DNA of 64,000 nt. Source: an uncultured Lachnospiraceae bacterium. GTDB lineage: Bacteria > Bacillota > Clostridia > Oscillospirales > CAG-272. The notes beneath the pieces were generated by a model that saw only the letters and a list, made by a program, of their open reading frames with translations, had not been told where the DNA came from and searched no databases. Position numbers and translations under genes: made by a program. Shown in pieces: positions 62,093-64,000 of the stretch (positions are counted from its first letter, which is position 1; each line of letters starts with the position of its first letter). The stretch spans positions 925 to 64,924 of the forward strand of contig CAYPRM010000004.1 of the NCBI GenBank assembly GCA_964413365.1, written 5' to 3'.

Positions 62093-64000
62093 TCATTTGA
62101 GGTCATATTTTTTGTATTCGGTGGAGAAATAGATCTCGTATCCCTCGCCGCCGCTCTCGAAGTCGGAAAGCTCCATTATATCAAAGTCGGAGAAGTGGAC
62201 CTCGCATCCCTCGGGAATGAGCGGAAAAACGGAATAGCTCTCCCTCGGTGCGCGTCCGTCAGAGCCGAAGATCACGACGTCGCTGTCCTTCAGGTGCTCT
62301 GCGAGCCTTCCCGACGCCTCAAGGTGCGTGCCGAAGGTGGGACGCTCGACAAGGGTAAGCTTGCTCTCGCCAAAGGAAAAGCTGACAGCGACGCTCGGGT
62401 GGGAATATCCCGATCCATAGGCTCTGTCGCTCACAAGGAGCTTGCCGCCGAGGAGGTCGAGATCCTCGCCTGCGGAAAAGAGGTATGTATCAACATCCAT
62501 TTCGTCAAGTATGCGGAGGATGCTCCTCATAACGGTCAGCTCTGCATCGTTTTGGGGCAGGGGAAGGTAGATCCTGCCGATCCTGTAATTTGAGCAGAGC
62601 CTGCCGAGCGTTACTGCGTGGTACGAATGATAATGCGTGAGCACGATGCCGTCCACCTCGGTAAAGCAGTTGTGTGAGATGAGCTCCATCGCATCGTAGA
62701 GCGAATCTCCCCTGCCGTTTGATGCGTCGCAGATATAGATCTCGTTTGCCGTTGAGAGGACGAGCGCATCCCCTGCGATATATTCCGCCCTCGCGCTGTC
62801 CGCACGCATGATGTGCATGGAGATGGCACTTATCGGAAGCAGCACGGCAAAGCATATACAGGGTATTGCGAGCTTCCACAGTCTCTCAAGTCTCACACCG
62901 AAGAGAATGAGCGAGGACAGCGTGAGCAGGACGGTGGAAATGGGGATCAGGGGATAATTCAGAGAGATGACGATGCCGCCGAGGTCGGAGATGAATGAGC
63001 ATATCCCCATCATTATCGATCCGACGGCGCTTGTGATCACAACGGTAAAGTGCAAAATAAGGCTTGAGCCGAGTGCGCGCAAGATGAGGGAGATGATGGC
63101 AAGGATCATAAAGCACTCGCAGACAGCGCCCATAAAGATATTGCTTATGAAGGTTGCAAGGCTAAGCTCACCGAAAAAGTAGCTTACTATCGGTAGCGTG
63201 CAGACCGTTACGCAGAGAGAGGTAAGAAGTGCGCTAAGGAGCTTTGAGAGTACACCTGCGAGCAATGACGCGAGAGTGCCGCACTTGGGCATCTTCACCG
63301 ACTGAGAGATCCTGCCTGCGATCATAACGGACACTATAACTCCGAAGGTGGAGGCGAAGGAGAGCATCAGACCGATGTCGTAGACCGCACTCGGTGTTAT
63401 GAACACGATCACCGACACCGCAAGAAAGAGCGAGGTCATCGAGTCGCCCCTGCGCCCGAGCAGGTATGCGATATAGACCGCCCAGAGCATCAGCATCGCA
63501 CGGCAGGCGGAGAGCAGGAAGCCCGTGAGCGCCACGTAGAATATTGAACAGAGGGCGAGGAGCACTATTCTTATCTTCCTTGGCACGAGCAGCTTTTTCA
63601 GAAGAAATCCGAGCGCTCCGACGAGTATCGCGACGTGCATTCCGCTCAGCGCGAGCATATGGTACACTCCGGCACGCCTGAAATCACGCAGAACGCTCTC
63701 GCCGAGCAGGTCTCGGTTTCCGAGCAGTAATGCACTTGCGAGAGAGCCGTAGCGTGTTCCCAATTTTGCACGGAGAATGCCGGAGAGGCGTGAATTCAAT
63801 GAGGATAGCACAAGGCTGATCCGATAACCGCCGTCGTACTGCTCTATACAGTCCGAGGATGGCACGGTCGCCACGAGCGGACAGCCGAGGCCTTCATAGG
63901 CTCGTCCCTCATCTCCGCTCCAATGCTCGGAGAAGGGAACGAGCGTTGCACGGAGGGAAACAAAATCTCCCCTTGCAAATCCTCCCTCCGCCTCGCACGT
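62093..64000 (-). CDS. comEC: DNA internalisation-related competence protein ComEC/Rec2 (competence domain plus C-terminal metallo-beta-lactamase-like domain); the 5' end lies outside the window
   Basis: It has LLGNRDLLGESVLRDFRRAGVYHMLALSGMHVAILVG. I checked the frame and it is open with no stop from 63875 to 64000. Confidence 0.85.
   Translation of the reverse strand, partial: TCEAEGGFARGDFVSLRATLVPFSEHWSGDEGRAYEGLGCPLVATVPSSDCIEQYDGGYRISLVLSSLNSRLSGILRAKLGTRYGSLASALLLGNRDLLGESVLRDFRRAGVYHMLALSGMHVAILVGALGFLLKKLLVPRKIRIVLLALCSIFYVALTGFLLSACRAMLMLWAVYIAYLLGRRGDSMTSLFLAVSVIVFITPSAVYDIGLMLSFASTFGVIVSVMIAGRISQSVKMPKCGTLASLLAGVLSKLLSALLTSLCVTVCTLPIVSYFFGELSLATFISNIFMGAVCECFMILAIISLILRALGSSLILHFTVVITSAVGSIMMGICSFISDLGGIVISLNYPLIPISTVLLTLSSLILFGVRLERLWKLAIPCICFAVLLPISAISMHIMRADSARAEYIAGDALVLSTANEIYICDASNGRGDSLYDAMELISHNCFTEVDGIVLTHYHSYHAVTLGRLCSNYRIGRIYLPLPQNDAELTVMRSILRILDEMDVDTYLFSAGEDLDLLGGKLLVSDRAYGSGYSHPSVAVSFSFGESKLTLVERPTFGTHLEASGRLAEHLKDSDVVIFGSDGRAPRESYSVFPLIPEGCEVHFSDFDIMELSDFESGGEGYEIYFSTEYKKYDLK

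Overview
This window reads as a chromosomal segment of an endospore-forming Firmicute of class Clostridia. Supporting signs are spoIVA, a DUF3794/SPOCS-LysM protein, a Cheo-type LexA box, an IspH-S1 fusion, GGAGG ribosome-binding sites (RBS) and many near-consensus TTGACA-N17-TATAAT promoters. From 0 to about 50 kb it is dense housekeeping: hpt, rimO, pgsA, trpS, murE, cmk-plsC-ispH/rpsA, pgk-tpiA, rbfA-nrnA, metG-tatD, yajC, rimM-trmD, ptsH, uvrC-rsmD-coaD, spoIVA, eno, rpmB, feoAB, GTP-PEPCK and lexA. There are three single tRNA genes, each with its own promoter and terminator. I recognise two riboswitches. One is a guanine-type purine riboswitch on the minus strand (48524-48581), unexpectedly upstream of a 566-aa uridine-kinase-family protein. 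The other is a yybP-ykoY Mn2+ riboswitch (60533-60650) upstream of mntP. The most unusual region is 52.1-58.3 kb, a minus-strand operon. It has a promoter, a ~215-nt structured leader with a terminator and an alternative (antiterminator) pairing, a decayed paralog, a 948-aa repeat protein, a BspA-type LRR protein and a 188-aa secreted protein. All of these proteins share a module I cannot assign to a named family. Other points: an ORF missing from the track (a 56-aa FeoB-associated Cys-rich peptide) next to a Cys-rich-TM::HMA fusion; a repeated GTTAGC-N4-GCTAAC operator in the feo locus; a ThyX-fold protein lacking the RHRxxS motif; a candidate structured RNA at 21.5 kb; and paired 41-bp hairpin repeats at 46.6 kb. 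All coordinates were hand-counted. CDS ends include the stop codon, as in the supplied track. Several starts were moved to the RBS-supported codon. Many long ORFs in the track are antisense shadows of real genes. No search or folding program was run, so family names rest on remembered motifs.
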